Assembly: GCA_964401845.1 (NCBI GenBank)
Contig: CAYOAD010000002.1
Coordinates: 1 to 62,728, forward strand
Source of the DNA: an uncultured Rhodospirillaceae bacterium
Lineage (GTDB): Bacteria; Pseudomonadota; Alphaproteobacteria; UBA2966
Direction of reading: 5' to 3'
Length of the DNA: 62,728 nucleotides
Shown piece after piece: positions 1 through 9,367 of this stretch. The notes beneath the pieces are model-generated. The model saw only the letters and a list, made by a program, of their open reading frames with translations. It made no database searches and was not told the origin of the DNA. Position 1 is the first letter of the stretch; every line of letters begins with the position of its first letter. The position numbers were made by a program, and so were the translations under genes.

Positions 1-896
1 TGGCCTGTCATACCGATAAGGATGCGCTGGTAAGTACAGCCAAAGCCGAAGATGCAGTATCGCCGGGCCGTGATTTCATCCCAACCCGCCGATTTGCCGT
101 AAAGCCTGGAGGCGACGTAGGCGTCGAACGCCGCTTCCGCCTCCGCTTTGGCCTGTTCGTCGGTATCAGAGATGTAAGCGTGAAAGGCAAAGCCGATGGC
201 CGGAGGCTCGCCAGGATGTCCGCCGTCCGCCCAGCCGCGCTTGTACTGATCGACGATCTCCCCGACCTCGGCCAAATCCGTTACCGTGGCGTATGGCACC
301 GAAAGCAGCCGCCGGCCCGCCTTGCCAACGTGGTAGACGACTTCCTTGCGCAGCACGGCGACGTATATGGGCGGCGTCGGTTGTTGTATGGGCTGGACAT
401 TGATTGTCACGTCCCCGGCCTTTACGTAGTCGCTGTCGGCATCGATTTGCTCACCGGCGAGGGCGCGCGTCAGGATATCGAGTTTTTCATCGAAGTTCTC
501 CCGCTTGAATTCGCCCGACAGCCGGAAGCCGGCGAACTCGTGCTTCAGATAACCCGAGCCCACCCCCAGGATTAAACGGCCCTGCGACAGCATATCGACC
601 ATGGCGTAGTTCTCGGCTACGAGGAGCGGATTGCGGAAGGGCAGGATACTGACGGCAACGCCCAGACCGATACGGGACGTCCGCTGGCTGGCGGCGGCGA
701 GGAAAACGGCGGGATTGGGGATGACGCCGTATTCGTGGAAGTGATGTTCCGCCACCCAATAGGCGCTGTATCCGAGTTCTTCGGCCAGAACCATGTTCTC
801 GAGCGTTTCTTCATAGTACCGGGCGACCGTGCGGAGACCGCCGGGATAATGATCCTGGACGGAAAACACCGAAAACTCACAGGCTGGAACCGACAT
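1..896 (-). CDS. LLM-class (luciferase-like) flavin-dependent oxidoreductase; C-terminal end lies beyond the window edge
   Basis: Not in the supplied ORF track because it runs off the edge. My reverse-strand translation from ATG (896-894) reads MSVPACEFSVFSVQDHYPGGLRTVARYYEETLENMVLAEELGYSAYWVAEHHFHEYGVIPNP...LILGVGSGYLKHEF... It stays open to position 3. This pattern is typical of luciferase-like monooxygenase TIM barrels. Confidence 0.8.
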   Translation of the reverse strand, partial: MSVPACEFSVFSVQDHYPGGLRTVARYYEETLENMVLAEELGYSAYWVAEHHFHEYGVIPNPAVFLAAASQRTSRIGLGVAVSILPFRNPLLVAENYAMVDMLSQGRLILGVGSGYLKHEFAGFRLSGEFKRENFDEKLDILTRALAGEQIDADSDYVKAGDVTINVQPIQQPTPPIYVAVLRKEVVYHVGKAGRRLLSVPYATVTDLAEVGEIVDQYKRGWADGGHPGEPPAIGFAFHAYISDTDEQAKAEAEAAFDAYVASRLYGKSAGWDEITARRYCIFGFGCTYQRILIGMTG

Positions 897-925
897 GGAA
901 GCCCCCCTCCGGGAAATCGCGATAA

Positions 926-1909
926 TCAGCCTTCGTAGCGCACGACGGCCTGGTCGATGGCGCCGAAGATACTGGCGCCCTGCTCATCGAGCATTTCTAT
1001 TTTGATGCGGTCGCCAAAGCGCATGAACGGGGTTTGGGGCTCTCCCTGCTCGATCGTCTCCAACATGCGCACCTCGGCAATGCAGGATGAACCGTTGGAG
1101 CGGTCGAGGTTGGATACCGTGCCAGAGCCGATGATCGTGCCGGCGCCCAAGTGCCTAGACTTGGCGGCATGGGCGATGAGTTGGGGGAAATCGAAGGTCA
1201 TGTCGACGCCGGCGTTGGGTGATCCGAAACGTTCGCCGTTGAGATCGGACAGCAGCGGTAAATCGATCTTACCGCCGTCCCAAGCCGGCCCAATTTCATC
1301 CGGCGTGACGGCAACCGGTGAAAAGGCGGTGCTGGGCTTGCCCTGAAAAAAGCCGAAACCCTTACCCAGTTCAGCCGGAATGAGGTTTCTCAGCGAAACG
1401 TCATTGACCAGCATCAGCAGTTTGATGTGCCCGCCCGCGGTATCCGGCGACAGACCCATCGGCACGTCGTCGGTAATCACGGCGACTTCGGATTCGAAAT
1501 CGATGCCCCAATCCTCATCGGCTATGGGGATGTCGTCACGCGGTCCGATAAAACCGTCCGAACCGCCCTGATACATCAGGGGGTCCGTCCAGAAACTATC
1601 CGGCAGCACGGCGCCGCGCGCTTTGCGCACCAGTTCGACATGATTGACGTAGGCGCTGCCGTCAGCCCACTGATAGGCCCGCGGCAGCGGCGCCGCCAGC
1701 GCCGCCGGGTCCAGCTCGAAACTCTCCGGCGCGTGACCCGCGTTCAGCCGGTCGTAGACCAGACCAAGTTCTTCCGCGACGCCGTCCCATTGTTCGACCG
1801 CCTGCTGCAGGGTCGGCGCAATGTGGGAAACCTCGACCGCCTGCGCAAGATCCTTGCCGACAACGCATAAGCGACCGTCGCGGCCAGACTTTAGGGACGC
1901 TAATTTCAT
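926..1909 (-). CDS. fumarylacetoacetate hydrolase (FAH) family protein
   Basis: 327-aa ORF starting MKLASLKSGRDGRLCVVGKDL, with C-terminal FAH-fold blocks (VNDVSLRNLIP, GKPSTAFSPV, GTIIGSGTVSN). AGGAG lies about 10 nt upstream of the ATG. Confidence 0.85.
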   Translation of the reverse strand: MKLASLKSGRDGRLCVVGKDLAQAVEVSHIAPTLQQAVEQWDGVAEELGLVYDRLNAGHAPESFELDPAALAAPLPRAYQWADGSAYVNHVELVRKARGAVLPDSFWTDPLMYQGGSDGFIGPRDDIPIADEDWGIDFESEVAVITDDVPMGLSPDTAGGHIKLLMLVNDVSLRNLIPAELGKGFGFFQGKPSTAFSPVAVTPDEIGPAWDGGKIDLPLLSDLNGERFGSPNAGVDMTFDFPQLIAHAAKSRHLGAGTIIGSGTVSNLDRSNGSSCIAEVRMLETIEQGEPQTPFMRFGDRIKIEMLDEQGASIFGAIDQAVVRYEG

Positions 1910-1967
1910 CTAATATTTGCTCCTGAAATTTGCTTTACTTGGCTTTCAACACATTTTCCTAAATGCT

Positions 1968-2014
1968 AGTTTCGACTGCAACTAATTACAAGTCGGGTTT
2001 TGGAGTTTCAACTG
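1968..2014. promoter_or_regulatory. direct repeat AGTTTC(G/A)ACTG x2 in the FAH/MarR divergent region; candidate MarR operator
   Basis: Copies at 1968-1978 (AGTTTCGACTG) and 2004-2014 (AGTTTCAACTG), 36-bp period. The second copy ends 2 nt before the probable marR-type ATG (2017). Confidence 0.3.
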
Positions 2015-2016
2015 AC

Positions 2017-2493
2017 ATGACGCAGAAAAAAAAGAAGGCCGTCAAAGGCGCCAACGAAGATATCCTGGCCCTGGAGGAATTCCTCCCCTACCGACTGTCG
2101 GTACTGACCAACCTGGTCAGTTCGGCCATCGCCCGGGAATACAGCAGCCGCTACAGCTTGAGCATCGCAGAATGGCGGGTCATGGCGGCGCTAGGCCGGT
2201 TTCCCGGCTTGTCGGCGGTTGAGGTCGCTGAACGGACGGCAATGGACAAGGTAAAAGTCAGCCGCGCCGTGGCTTCCCTGCACAAGGCCGGAAGATTGAA
2301 ACGCAAGATTTCCGCCCAGGACCGACGGCGGTCGGTGCTCAGTCTTTCAGCCAAGGGGAACAAGATCTACCGCGACATCGTCCCCCGCGCGCGGCACTAC
2401 GAAAAAGCGCTATACGATTCGCTCAATTCTGCCGAGACAAAGTCCCTGAACAAACTGATCACCAAGCTGACGTCGACGGCAGCTACGCTTTGA
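2017..2493 (+). CDS. MarR family transcriptional regulator
   Basis: Winged-helix block SIAEWRVMAALGRFPGLSAVEVAERTAMDKVKVSRAVASLHKAGRLKR. The ORF track starts at 1963, but ATG 2017 (MTQKKKKAV...) gives the usual ~158 aa and has GGAG upstream. Confidence 0.85.
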   Translation: MTQKKKKAVKGANEDILALEEFLPYRLSVLTNLVSSAIAREYSSRYSLSIAEWRVMAALGRFPGLSAVEVAERTAMDKVKVSRAVASLHKAGRLKRKISAQDRRRSVLSLSAKGNKIYRDIVPRARHYEKALYDSLNSAETKSLNKLITKLTSTAATL

Positions 2494-2518
2494 GCGGCGT
2501 TACGCCAGCTTGGAGTCC

Positions 2519-3253
2519 TTACCCCACTGCGTCAGCCCACCTGATCGCCTTGTAGTCGAAACCACTTTCGATGGTCGGCTTGACCGTCGCGAAATAGGGC
2601 GAAAGGTCGAAATCACGCGGCGTGAACAGGCTGTGGTGCCGGATCCCGAAGATGTCCTCATCACGCCCTTCGTCACCCTGCGTCACCTTCGGCAGGATTG
2701 GATAGCGCACGGATTGGAACGCCTGCGCCAGCAGCGTTGAACAGATCGCCTGCGTGGGATCGCCGCTGCCCAGATAAAGCATCTTGCGGCGCCACGATAC
2801 CGGCACCGGCGGCGTCGGCAGCAGGTAGCGCGCCAGATCGACGACGTTCTTCAGGTCGTAGGAATCGCCGATGTGCGCAACGGCGAAGTCGATCAGGTTG
2901 GAGCAATCTTCCGGCGACAGTCCGACGGGCCGGCAAATTCGGGTGTTTTGACCGGCGTATTTCTCCAGCCCAACCGCGGCGACCCCGTTTACCAAATCGG
3001 CTTCGACCAGACAGGGTTGATCGGCACCCAGGGCATCGCCGACATAAAGAGCGGCATGGGACCAGGTGGACTGTGTCAGGTACTTGATCGCCACCGAAAC
3101 GCGCTCATTGCCCTCCACCAAAAGGACGTCGCCCGGCTTCAGATGGCGGCGCAGGACATCGGTCGGAATTACGGAGAACGCCCGATAGTCCCTGACCGGC
3201 GTCGTCAGGTAGCGCGCCAAGTATCCGCCCAGCCGGTCCATTACCCAGCCCAT
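2519..3253 (-). CDS. YiiX-like / permuted-papain (NlpC/P60 superfamily) putative cysteine hydrolase ('lipo-like protein')
   Basis: 244 aa. His-containing block TWSHAALYVG precedes Cys-containing block DPTQAICSTLLAQAF, i.e. His before Cys as in the permuted papain fold. Family call is from motif order only. Confidence 0.55.
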   Translation of the reverse strand: MGWVMDRLGGYLARYLTTPVRDYRAFSVIPTDVLRRHLKPGDVLLVEGNERVSVAIKYLTQSTWSHAALYVGDALGADQPCLVEADLVNGVAAVGLEKYAGQNTRICRPVGLSPEDCSNLIDFAVAHIGDSYDLKNVVDLARYLLPTPPVPVSWRRKMLYLGSGDPTQAICSTLLAQAFQSVRYPILPKVTQGDEGRDEDIFGIRHHSLFTPRDFDLSPYFATVKPTIESGFDYKAIRWADAVG

Positions 3254-3272
3254 TCGATGCCTCCGCTAGGGT

Positions 3273-4214
3273 CTAGTGCGCTTCGAGCGCCTCCACGGCC
3301 ACCGAAAACCGCCGCAGCTGTTCGTCCGTGTAGGCCTCATAGTCGTTGTCGAGATGGGAGTGCATTTCCGCAGTCATGCTCCACATGGCCTCACGCAGCA
3401 ATGACAACCCCTTCATCGCCTTGAACCGCCGCCAAATTTCGTCGGTGGGGGAGCGTTGATAATAAAGGTCGAGAATACGCTCTTCGGCATCTCCGTCGAG
3501 CGCATTGTTTGAGGCCAGGTTGGCCAGGTCGAACAACAAGTGATTGCTGCCGCCGTATTCCCAATCGATAAGCCACAACCGTTCGCCGTCGTCGATCAGG
3601 TTCGCAGCCAGCAGGTCGTTGTGGCAGAACTTGTCTTCGTCATGGCCGACAATCTCGTCCAGGCCTTCCGCCAGCGCCATGAATTTAGGTATATCGGCCG
3701 CCAGACGGTAATTGTTGGCGGACAGAGAGCGGCCATAGCGCCGACAAGCCTCGACGGCATCAAAGCTGAATTTCCGGTCGCCGAGATGTTGTGGCATCGT
3801 CACATGATACCGCCGGACCAAATCGACGATGCGCTCAAGCATGGCGGCATCGGCGATATCCTCGGGCGCCAGGGTTTTACCCTCGATATATTTGATGACC
3901 ATGGCGTCGCGATCCGTCAGCACGACTTCCGGTGCGAAGCCGGCGGCGTGCGCCGCCCGGGAGACGGCGAAATCGCGCTCACGCAGAAGATCGTGCTCGG
4001 GGACGTCGCCGCCGATCCTGACGACGAAATGTTCGCCTGCGTCGGCAACCTTGAAATTACTGTTGGAAAGACCGCCGGCGAGCGGCTGGGGATCGATCGC
4101 CCCCTGCCAACAGGGCAGTTCGAGCACCCGGCGGTAGGCCGGATCCTCGCGAAAATCGTTCATAATATTCATATCATTCAATGGCTTAACTAATACGCTA
4201 TGTAAATCGTTCAA
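3273..4214 (-). CDS. choline/ethanolamine-kinase-like phosphotransferase (APH fold)
   Basis: Catalytic loop and choline-kinase motif FCHNDLLAANLIDDGERLWLIDWEYGG. Nucleotide-binding N-lobe contains GGLSNSNFKV. The start overlaps the stop of the upstream gene (4211-4214). Confidence 0.8.
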   Translation of the reverse strand: MNDLHSVLVKPLNDMNIMNDFREDPAYRRVLELPCWQGAIDPQPLAGGLSNSNFKVADAGEHFVVRIGGDVPEHDLLRERDFAVSRAAHAAGFAPEVVLTDRDAMVIKYIEGKTLAPEDIADAAMLERIVDLVRRYHVTMPQHLGDRKFSFDAVEACRRYGRSLSANNYRLAADIPKFMALAEGLDEIVGHDEDKFCHNDLLAANLIDDGERLWLIDWEYGGSNHLLFDLANLASNNALDGDAEERILDLYYQRSPTDEIWRRFKAMKGLSLLREAMWSMTAEMHSHLDNDYEAYTDEQLRRFSVAVEALEAH

Positions 4215-5203
4215 ACTGCAACGTAATCTTCAACGTATTCCTCGATGATGCTGTCGAGACTGTTGTCGCCGGGCAATCCCAACGCCGATGCCCGCCCACT
4301 TTCCGTCCTTGTGGGCCAGGTCGCCACGATCGCCTCGACTTCGGAATCGGGCCGGTCCGATATCGGACCGAGCTCGATGCTCCTGGCCGCCGAGATACGA
4401 TTAAGCGCCTCGATCCCGTCAGCAATCGAAAACGTCTTGCTGGGCAAGCCTACGGCGCGGTCCGTGCCCAAATCCGCCCCGTCCAGCTCAATAAGGGCGA
4501 TAAGCCCATCCACGCAGCTCCGGTAACCAAGACAGGCCATCTCGGTGTTTCGGCTGACGGGCAAAACACATTCCTGCCCCGCCAGGGGTTCGCGAAATAC
4601 GCCGCTGGCGAAGCTCGAGGCGGCCGCGTTGGGTTTTCCCGGACGGATGATGATGGTCGGCAAACGCGCGGTCCGGCCGTCCAAGTAGCCTTTGCGCGAA
4701 TAGTCGTTGATCATCATTTCGCCGATGAATTTGGTCATGCCGTAGGTGGTTTCAGGGTTTGGCTTGGTCGTATCGCCCACCGTCGTCGGCATGGCATCAC
4801 CGCCGAAAACGGCGATCGAACTGGTGAAGACGACTCGAGGCAAGCCGTTTCTGGCCCGCAGGGCTTCTAGGATGCATCTGCCGCCGTCGAGATTGACCGA
4901 CATGGCTAGATCGAAATCCCTTTCGCCGCCGCCGCTGACGACGGACGCCAAGTGGAATACCGCGATGTCATCCCGGTCGATTAGGCCCGATACCGTCTCG
5001 GGGTCGCTCATGTCGCCGGCGACGATGGTGACGCGGTCGTCTAGCCCGTCGGGTCTCTCGGCAGGTGTCATGTGATCGAACAGAACAATCTCGCCGATCT
5101 CGGAACCTTCGCCGGCCTTGAAATTCAAGCCACCCATTTGCACGAGCTGCCGCGCCAGCGCCAAGCCGATAAAGCCTGTTCCTCCGGTGATCACAACCTT
5201 CAT
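4211..5203 (-). CDS. NAD-dependent epimerase/dehydratase (extended SDR) family protein
   Basis: MKVVITGGTGFIGLALARQL Rossmann motif and YGMTKFIGE (YxxxK). 330 aa. Confidence 0.85.
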   Translation of the reverse strand: MKVVITGGTGFIGLALARQLVQMGGLNFKAGEGSEIGEIVLFDHMTPAERPDGLDDRVTIVAGDMSDPETVSGLIDRDDIAVFHLASVVSGGGERDFDLAMSVNLDGGRCILEALRARNGLPRVVFTSSIAVFGGDAMPTTVGDTTKPNPETTYGMTKFIGEMMINDYSRKGYLDGRTARLPTIIIRPGKPNAAASSFASGVFREPLAGQECVLPVSRNTEMACLGYRSCVDGLIALIELDGADLGTDRAVGLPSKTFSIADGIEALNRISAARSIELGPISDRPDSEVEAIVATWPTRTESGRASALGLPGDNSLDSIIEEYVEDYVAV

Positions 5204-5436
5204 ACTTCCACCCGTCCAACTCCAGCCCGTTGCGCGAAGGCTGGCATCCTATCCGAATAGACCGCCCCGGCAAATTATCTAAGTCGGAAAGAATGAGGTA
5301 TTCTCCGGGCGTAGCCCCCTCACTCCGGCGGACAAATGTTCGACTGTAATTTCACTCCCCGTCCGGAGGATTAGCGGGATTTGTTTTGAAATCTTCGGGA
5401 TCGCATATTAATTCCAACTTGCCACCACGCTGAAAC

Positions 5437-7689
5437 ATGAAAGCTCAATTCAACAGGCTGGCGGTCAAGCAGGCGCGAAATGTCGTTATCGTGGCGTGTG
5501 GCCTCGGATTGATTTTTAGCGCCGCCCAAATTGCCTCCGATCTCCATACCGAGCGCCAGACCCTCAGTTCCTCGGTTCAGCGTATCTTGATATCGATGAG
5601 CGCGCCGGCCACGCGTGCCGTCTTCAATGTCGACGCCGAACTGGCGCACAACGTCGTCGACAGCCTGCTTGGTTACGTGCCCATCAACAGCGCCACGGTG
5701 ATCGATGATTTCGGCGGCGTTCTTGCCGCCCGCAGCAAGCAGACCAGCCCCGGGCAGGATAGCTATTGGTCGCGACTGCTGGTCGCGCCGAAAGACGTCT
5801 ATCGGCTGCCCCTGTCACTCGAGGAAAGAAGCCAACAACTGGGGGAAATCCGGGTGACGGTTGACAGCCGGGTGATCATCGGCAATTTCATGCAGCGATC
5901 TTTGTTGATCGTGGTATTCGGCCTGGTTCGAAATTTCATCCTGGCGTTCATGCTGGCGTACGTCTTCCACGTGACGATGACCCGACCGCTCGTCGCGCTG
6001 GCAAAACGTGTTTCAAGCACCGACCCTGCAAATCCCAGCGACAACGTCGTTGACGTCGAGCAGTCACACAGAGACGACGAGTTGGGCGAACTGACGGCGA
6101 AGATCAACGAGTACATCGCAACGGCAGAGGAACAGATCAGGGAACGCCACAACGCCGAGCAAAATGCATTGCAAAGCGAGCGCCAGTTCAGGGATTTTGC
6201 CGAAGCGAGTTCCGACTGGTTTTGGGAAATCGATCCGCAATTCAAATATACCTTTGTCTCCGAGCAGGTGAAGTCGCGCATGGGCGTGCGTGAGGCAGAA
6301 GACTACATCGGATTAAGCGCAACAGATGTGATTGACGAATTCTTTTCCGGTGACGACCGGCAGCCGGTGCTCGATGCGATCGCCGAAGGGAAACCGATCA
6401 GAAATTCTGTCGCGCTGAGAATTGATTCGGAGGGCAATCAAAACTGGGTAAGCGTCAGCGGCGTTCCGGTATTCGATGAATCAGGAACGTATATCGCCTA
6501 TCGAGGTTCAAGTACGGATGTGACCGACCAGCACCGCGCCGCCGAAGCCCTCCGCGTCAGCGAAGCAAAATACCGGACAATATTCGATAGCGCCCAAATT
6601 GGCATTATGCGGAATACACTGGATACCGGTCGGGTGCTCGACGCCAACCTAAGAGCAGCTGAAATTCTCGGCTACGATGACGTGGCAGACATGATAGCGA
6701 ACCATGATGCCGAAAAAAGTTGGGTTAAGCCGGAACAGCGCAATCGGGTCCATGCCGAGGGCGTCAAAAACGGTTTTGTCCGCGATCTTGAGCAAGCGCT
6801 TTATCGCAAGGACGGCGATGTCGCCTGGATCAATTCGTCGGCAAATTTCCCCCCCGGAGAAAACCTTGTCGATGTCCTGTTTGTCGACGTCACGGCGCGC
6901 AAGGCCGCGGAGGATGAGCTCGAAAGGCTCAATGCCGAATTGGAGCAACGCGTACAAGAGAGCACGGCTGAACTGCGGGAGGCGCAGGCCAATTTGATCC
7001 TGCAGGAGCGGTTGGCGACCTTGGGCCAGCTAACGGCGACCGTGAGCCACGAATTGAGGAACCCGTTGGGTACCATGGGGACGTCGGCCTATGTCATCCG
7101 TCACGCGGTCGGCGACAATGACAAGGTCATGCGTGCGGTGGAGCGTATTGAGCGGGGTGTGGCTCGTTGCGGTCGGATTATCGACGAGATACTGGACTAC
7201 ACCCGCATCAGGGACTTGCACCTCGAATCGGTACAGCTCGACAAGTGGATCGGCGAGGTCATTGCGGAACAATCGCCTCCGCCGGAAATAGAAGTTGTTT
7301 TCGACCTTTCAACAGGGGGCGTCAACGTCAAGTTCGATCCCGAATTCTTACGCCGGGCCATCATCAATGTTTACGAAAACGCGTTGCAAGCCATGACGAC
7401 CATGGAGGGCATCGATCAGACAAAAAACTGCCGTTTAACCATTTCAACGGCGAAATTAGACCGTCGTATCGAAATACAAATCGCGGACACCGGCGTCGGC
7501 ATTGAATCCGGGATTAGGAATCAGGTTTTCGAACCCATGTTCAGCACCAAGGGATTCGGCGTCGGATTGGGCTTAACGGTCGTCCGCCAAATCGTCGAGC
7601 AGCACGGAGGCACGATCAAGGTCGACGGAAACCCGGACCGGGGAACGACCGTGACGATTTCGCTACCGATCGCACAGAGCACCCAGTGA
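5437..7689 (+). CDS. membrane sensor histidine kinase (TM / periplasmic segment / TM / HAMP / 2 x PAS / HisKA / HATPase)
   Basis: Two hydrophobic segments flank a ~130-aa segment. PAS blocks (WFWEIDPQFKYTFVS; IFDSAQIGIMR). H-box TVSHELRNPLG. ATPase boxes NVYENALQA, DTGVGI, GFGVGLGL. Confidence 0.9.
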   Translation: MKAQFNRLAVKQARNVVIVACGLGLIFSAAQIASDLHTERQTLSSSVQRILISMSAPATRAVFNVDAELAHNVVDSLLGYVPINSATVIDDFGGVLAARSKQTSPGQDSYWSRLLVAPKDVYRLPLSLEERSQQLGEIRVTVDSRVIIGNFMQRSLLIVVFGLVRNFILAFMLAYVFHVTMTRPLVALAKRVSSTDPANPSDNVVDVEQSHRDDELGELTAKINEYIATAEEQIRERHNAEQNALQSERQFRDFAEASSDWFWEIDPQFKYTFVSEQVKSRMGVREAEDYIGLSATDVIDEFFSGDDRQPVLDAIAEGKPIRNSVALRIDSEGNQNWVSVSGVPVFDESGTYIAYRGSSTDVTDQHRAAEALRVSEAKYRTIFDSAQIGIMRNTLDTGRVLDANLRAAEILGYDDVADMIANHDAEKSWVKPEQRNRVHAEGVKNGFVRDLEQALYRKDGDVAWINSSANFPPGENLVDVLFVDVTARKAAEDELERLNAELEQRVQESTAELREAQANLILQERLATLGQLTATVSHELRNPLGTMGTSAYVIRHAVGDNDKVMRAVERIERGVARCGRIIDEILDYTRIRDLHLESVQLDKWIGEVIAEQSPPPEIEVVFDLSTGGVNVKFDPEFLRRAIINVYENALQAMTTMEGIDQTKNCRLTISTAKLDRRIEIQIADTGVGIESGIRNQVFEPMFSTKGFGVGLGLTVVRQIVEQHGGTIKVDGNPDRGTTVTISLPIAQSTQ

Positions 7690-7691
7690 AC

Positions 7692-8420
7692 TCAACGGAT
7701 GAGCATTAGTAAGCCTGACCCCGCCAGCAACAGCCACAAAGCGACCCTGAACTGGTGGTCGCTTAGACGGCGGTAGAGAGCAAACCCGATGACGCCGCCG
7801 ATGACCAGCATGGGCGCCGCCGTCAGCATCGGCTTGACGAGTTCCCGCGACAGAATGCCGGTGTAGGCGTAGGCTGCGAGCGTCACCGTGTGCATGCTGA
7901 GATTGAAGACCTGAAATGTCGATCTTTGTTGATCCTTCGGCCATTTCATCAGGCTGCACCAGAGGGTGGGCAATATTCCCGACAGCCCGGCGAAACCGCC
8001 CATGACGCCGCCGCCCCAGCCGACCAGAATGACGGCGGCGCGGGGATAGGTCTCCAGCCGGGCCAGCCGGCCCAGGACAAACATGCCGGCGACATAGGAG
8101 ACGAGCAGGCCGCCGACGCCAACGCGAAACCAATAGGGATCAAGCGTCTCAAGCACGGCAACACCAATTGGGATGCCGAGCAAACCGCCGGCGACAAACG
8201 GCGCCGCGGTGCGAAAATCGATGCTGCGCCAAATCCGCGGCAGCGTAAAAATTTGCACGGTAAAAGAACAGATAACGACCATGGGCGCCGCGATTTCAGG
8301 CGGCAGGGCGTGGGCCCAGATGCCCAGCGAGGCCACACCGAAGGCGAATCCGGCGAAACCCGACGCCAGCGCCCCGGCCAGGGCGCCCGCCATGACGATG
8401 AGGTCAATACCGCCTTCCAT
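7692..8420 (-). CDS. TauE/SafE family (sulfite-exporter-like) membrane protein
   Basis: 242 aa, almost entirely hydrophobic, 7-8 predicted helices, Gly-rich N-terminal helix MAGALAGALASGFAGFAFG typical of TauE/SafE. Confidence 0.75.
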   Translation of the reverse strand: MEGGIDLIVMAGALAGALASGFAGFAFGVASLGIWAHALPPEIAAPMVVICSFTVQIFTLPRIWRSIDFRTAAPFVAGGLLGIPIGVAVLETLDPYWFRVGVGGLLVSYVAGMFVLGRLARLETYPRAAVILVGWGGGVMGGFAGLSGILPTLWCSLMKWPKDQQRSTFQVFNLSMHTVTLAAYAYTGILSRELVKPMLTAAPMLVIGGVIGFALYRRLSDHQFRVALWLLLAGSGLLMLIR

Positions 8421-8439
8421 GCCGCCCCCGATCGGTCAA

Positions 8440-8487
8440 GGGAACACACGCCTTATTCGTTCGCGGAACGATAAGGCGTGTGTTCCC
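8440..8487 (-). terminator. strong intergenic hairpin downstream of the FAH gene; possible terminator without a U-tract
   Basis: GGGAACACACGCCTTAT (8440-8456) pairs perfectly with ATAAGGCGTGTGTTCCC (8471-8487). An inner CGTTC/GAACG extension has one bulged T. No T-run follows on either strand. Confidence 0.35.
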
Positions 8488-8501
8488 CTATGTCAGTTGG
8501 A

Positions 8502-9341
8502 TCAGGCGTCGCGGCAAACCTGCCGCTGCTCGCCCAGACCGTCGATCCCGAGCGTGACGACATCGCCCGATTTCAGAAAGACCGGCGGATTAAAGCCGGC
8601 GCCCACGCCCGGCGGCGTGCCGGTGGAAATGATGTCGCCCGGCTGCATCGACATGTGGCGGCTCAGGTAACTTACGATCTCGGCGACATTGAAAATCATT
8701 GTCTTAGTGTTGCCTGTCTGGCGGCGCGTGCCGTTGACGTCGAGCCAGAGGCCGAGGTTCTGTGGATCGCCGACCTCGTCCGCTGTCACCATCCAGGGAC
8801 CGACCGCACCGAAGGTGTCGCAGCTCTTGCCCTTGGTCCACTGCGGGCCCTGCAGCTGGAATGCGCGTTCGCTGACGTCGTTGCTCACGCAGTCGCCCGC
8901 GACATAGTCCAGGGCATCCGCCTCGTCGACGTATTTGGTTTCCCTGCCGATGACGACGCCGAGTTCAACCTCCCAATCGGTCTTTTCCGAATTCCGCGGG
9001 ATCTCGATGCCGTCGTCCGGTCCGCAGATGGCGCTGTTGGCCTTGAGGAAAACGATGGGTTCTTCCGGAATCGGATTGTTGGTCTCGGCGGCATGGTCGG
9101 AATAGTTCAACCCGATGCAGATCAGCTTGCCGATATCGCCAACGCAAGCGCCCATGCGGGGATTGCCGTCAACGGCCGGCAGAGACGCCGGGTCAAGTGC
9201 CGCGAGCTTGGCCAGCCCCTCCGGCGAGACGGCGGCGCCGTCAATGTCGGAGATCTCACCCGAGAGATCGCGGATCACGCCGTCGGCATCCAACAATCCC
9301 GGCTTTTCCGCTCCGGGTTCTCCGTAACGCAGTAACTTCAT
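8502..9341 (-). CDS. FAH family hydrolase (2-keto-4-pentenoate hydratase / 2,4-diketo-3-deoxy-sugar-acid hydrolase type)
   Basis: 279 aa starting MKLLRYGEPGAEKPGLLDADG, with blocks NYSDHAAE, ELGVVIG, PGDIISTGTPPGVG. AGGAGAAG lies upstream of the ATG. Confidence 0.85.
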   Translation of the reverse strand: MKLLRYGEPGAEKPGLLDADGVIRDLSGEISDIDGAAVSPEGLAKLAALDPASLPAVDGNPRMGACVGDIGKLICIGLNYSDHAAETNNPIPEEPIVFLKANSAICGPDDGIEIPRNSEKTDWEVELGVVIGRETKYVDEADALDYVAGDCVSNDVSERAFQLQGPQWTKGKSCDTFGAVGPWMVTADEVGDPQNLGLWLDVNGTRRQTGNTKTMIFNVAEIVSYLSRHMSMQPGDIISTGTPPGVGAGFNPPVFLKSGDVVTLGIDGLGEQRQVCRDA

Positions 9342-9367
9342 TTCAAACTTCTCCTGTTTTGGCGGCG

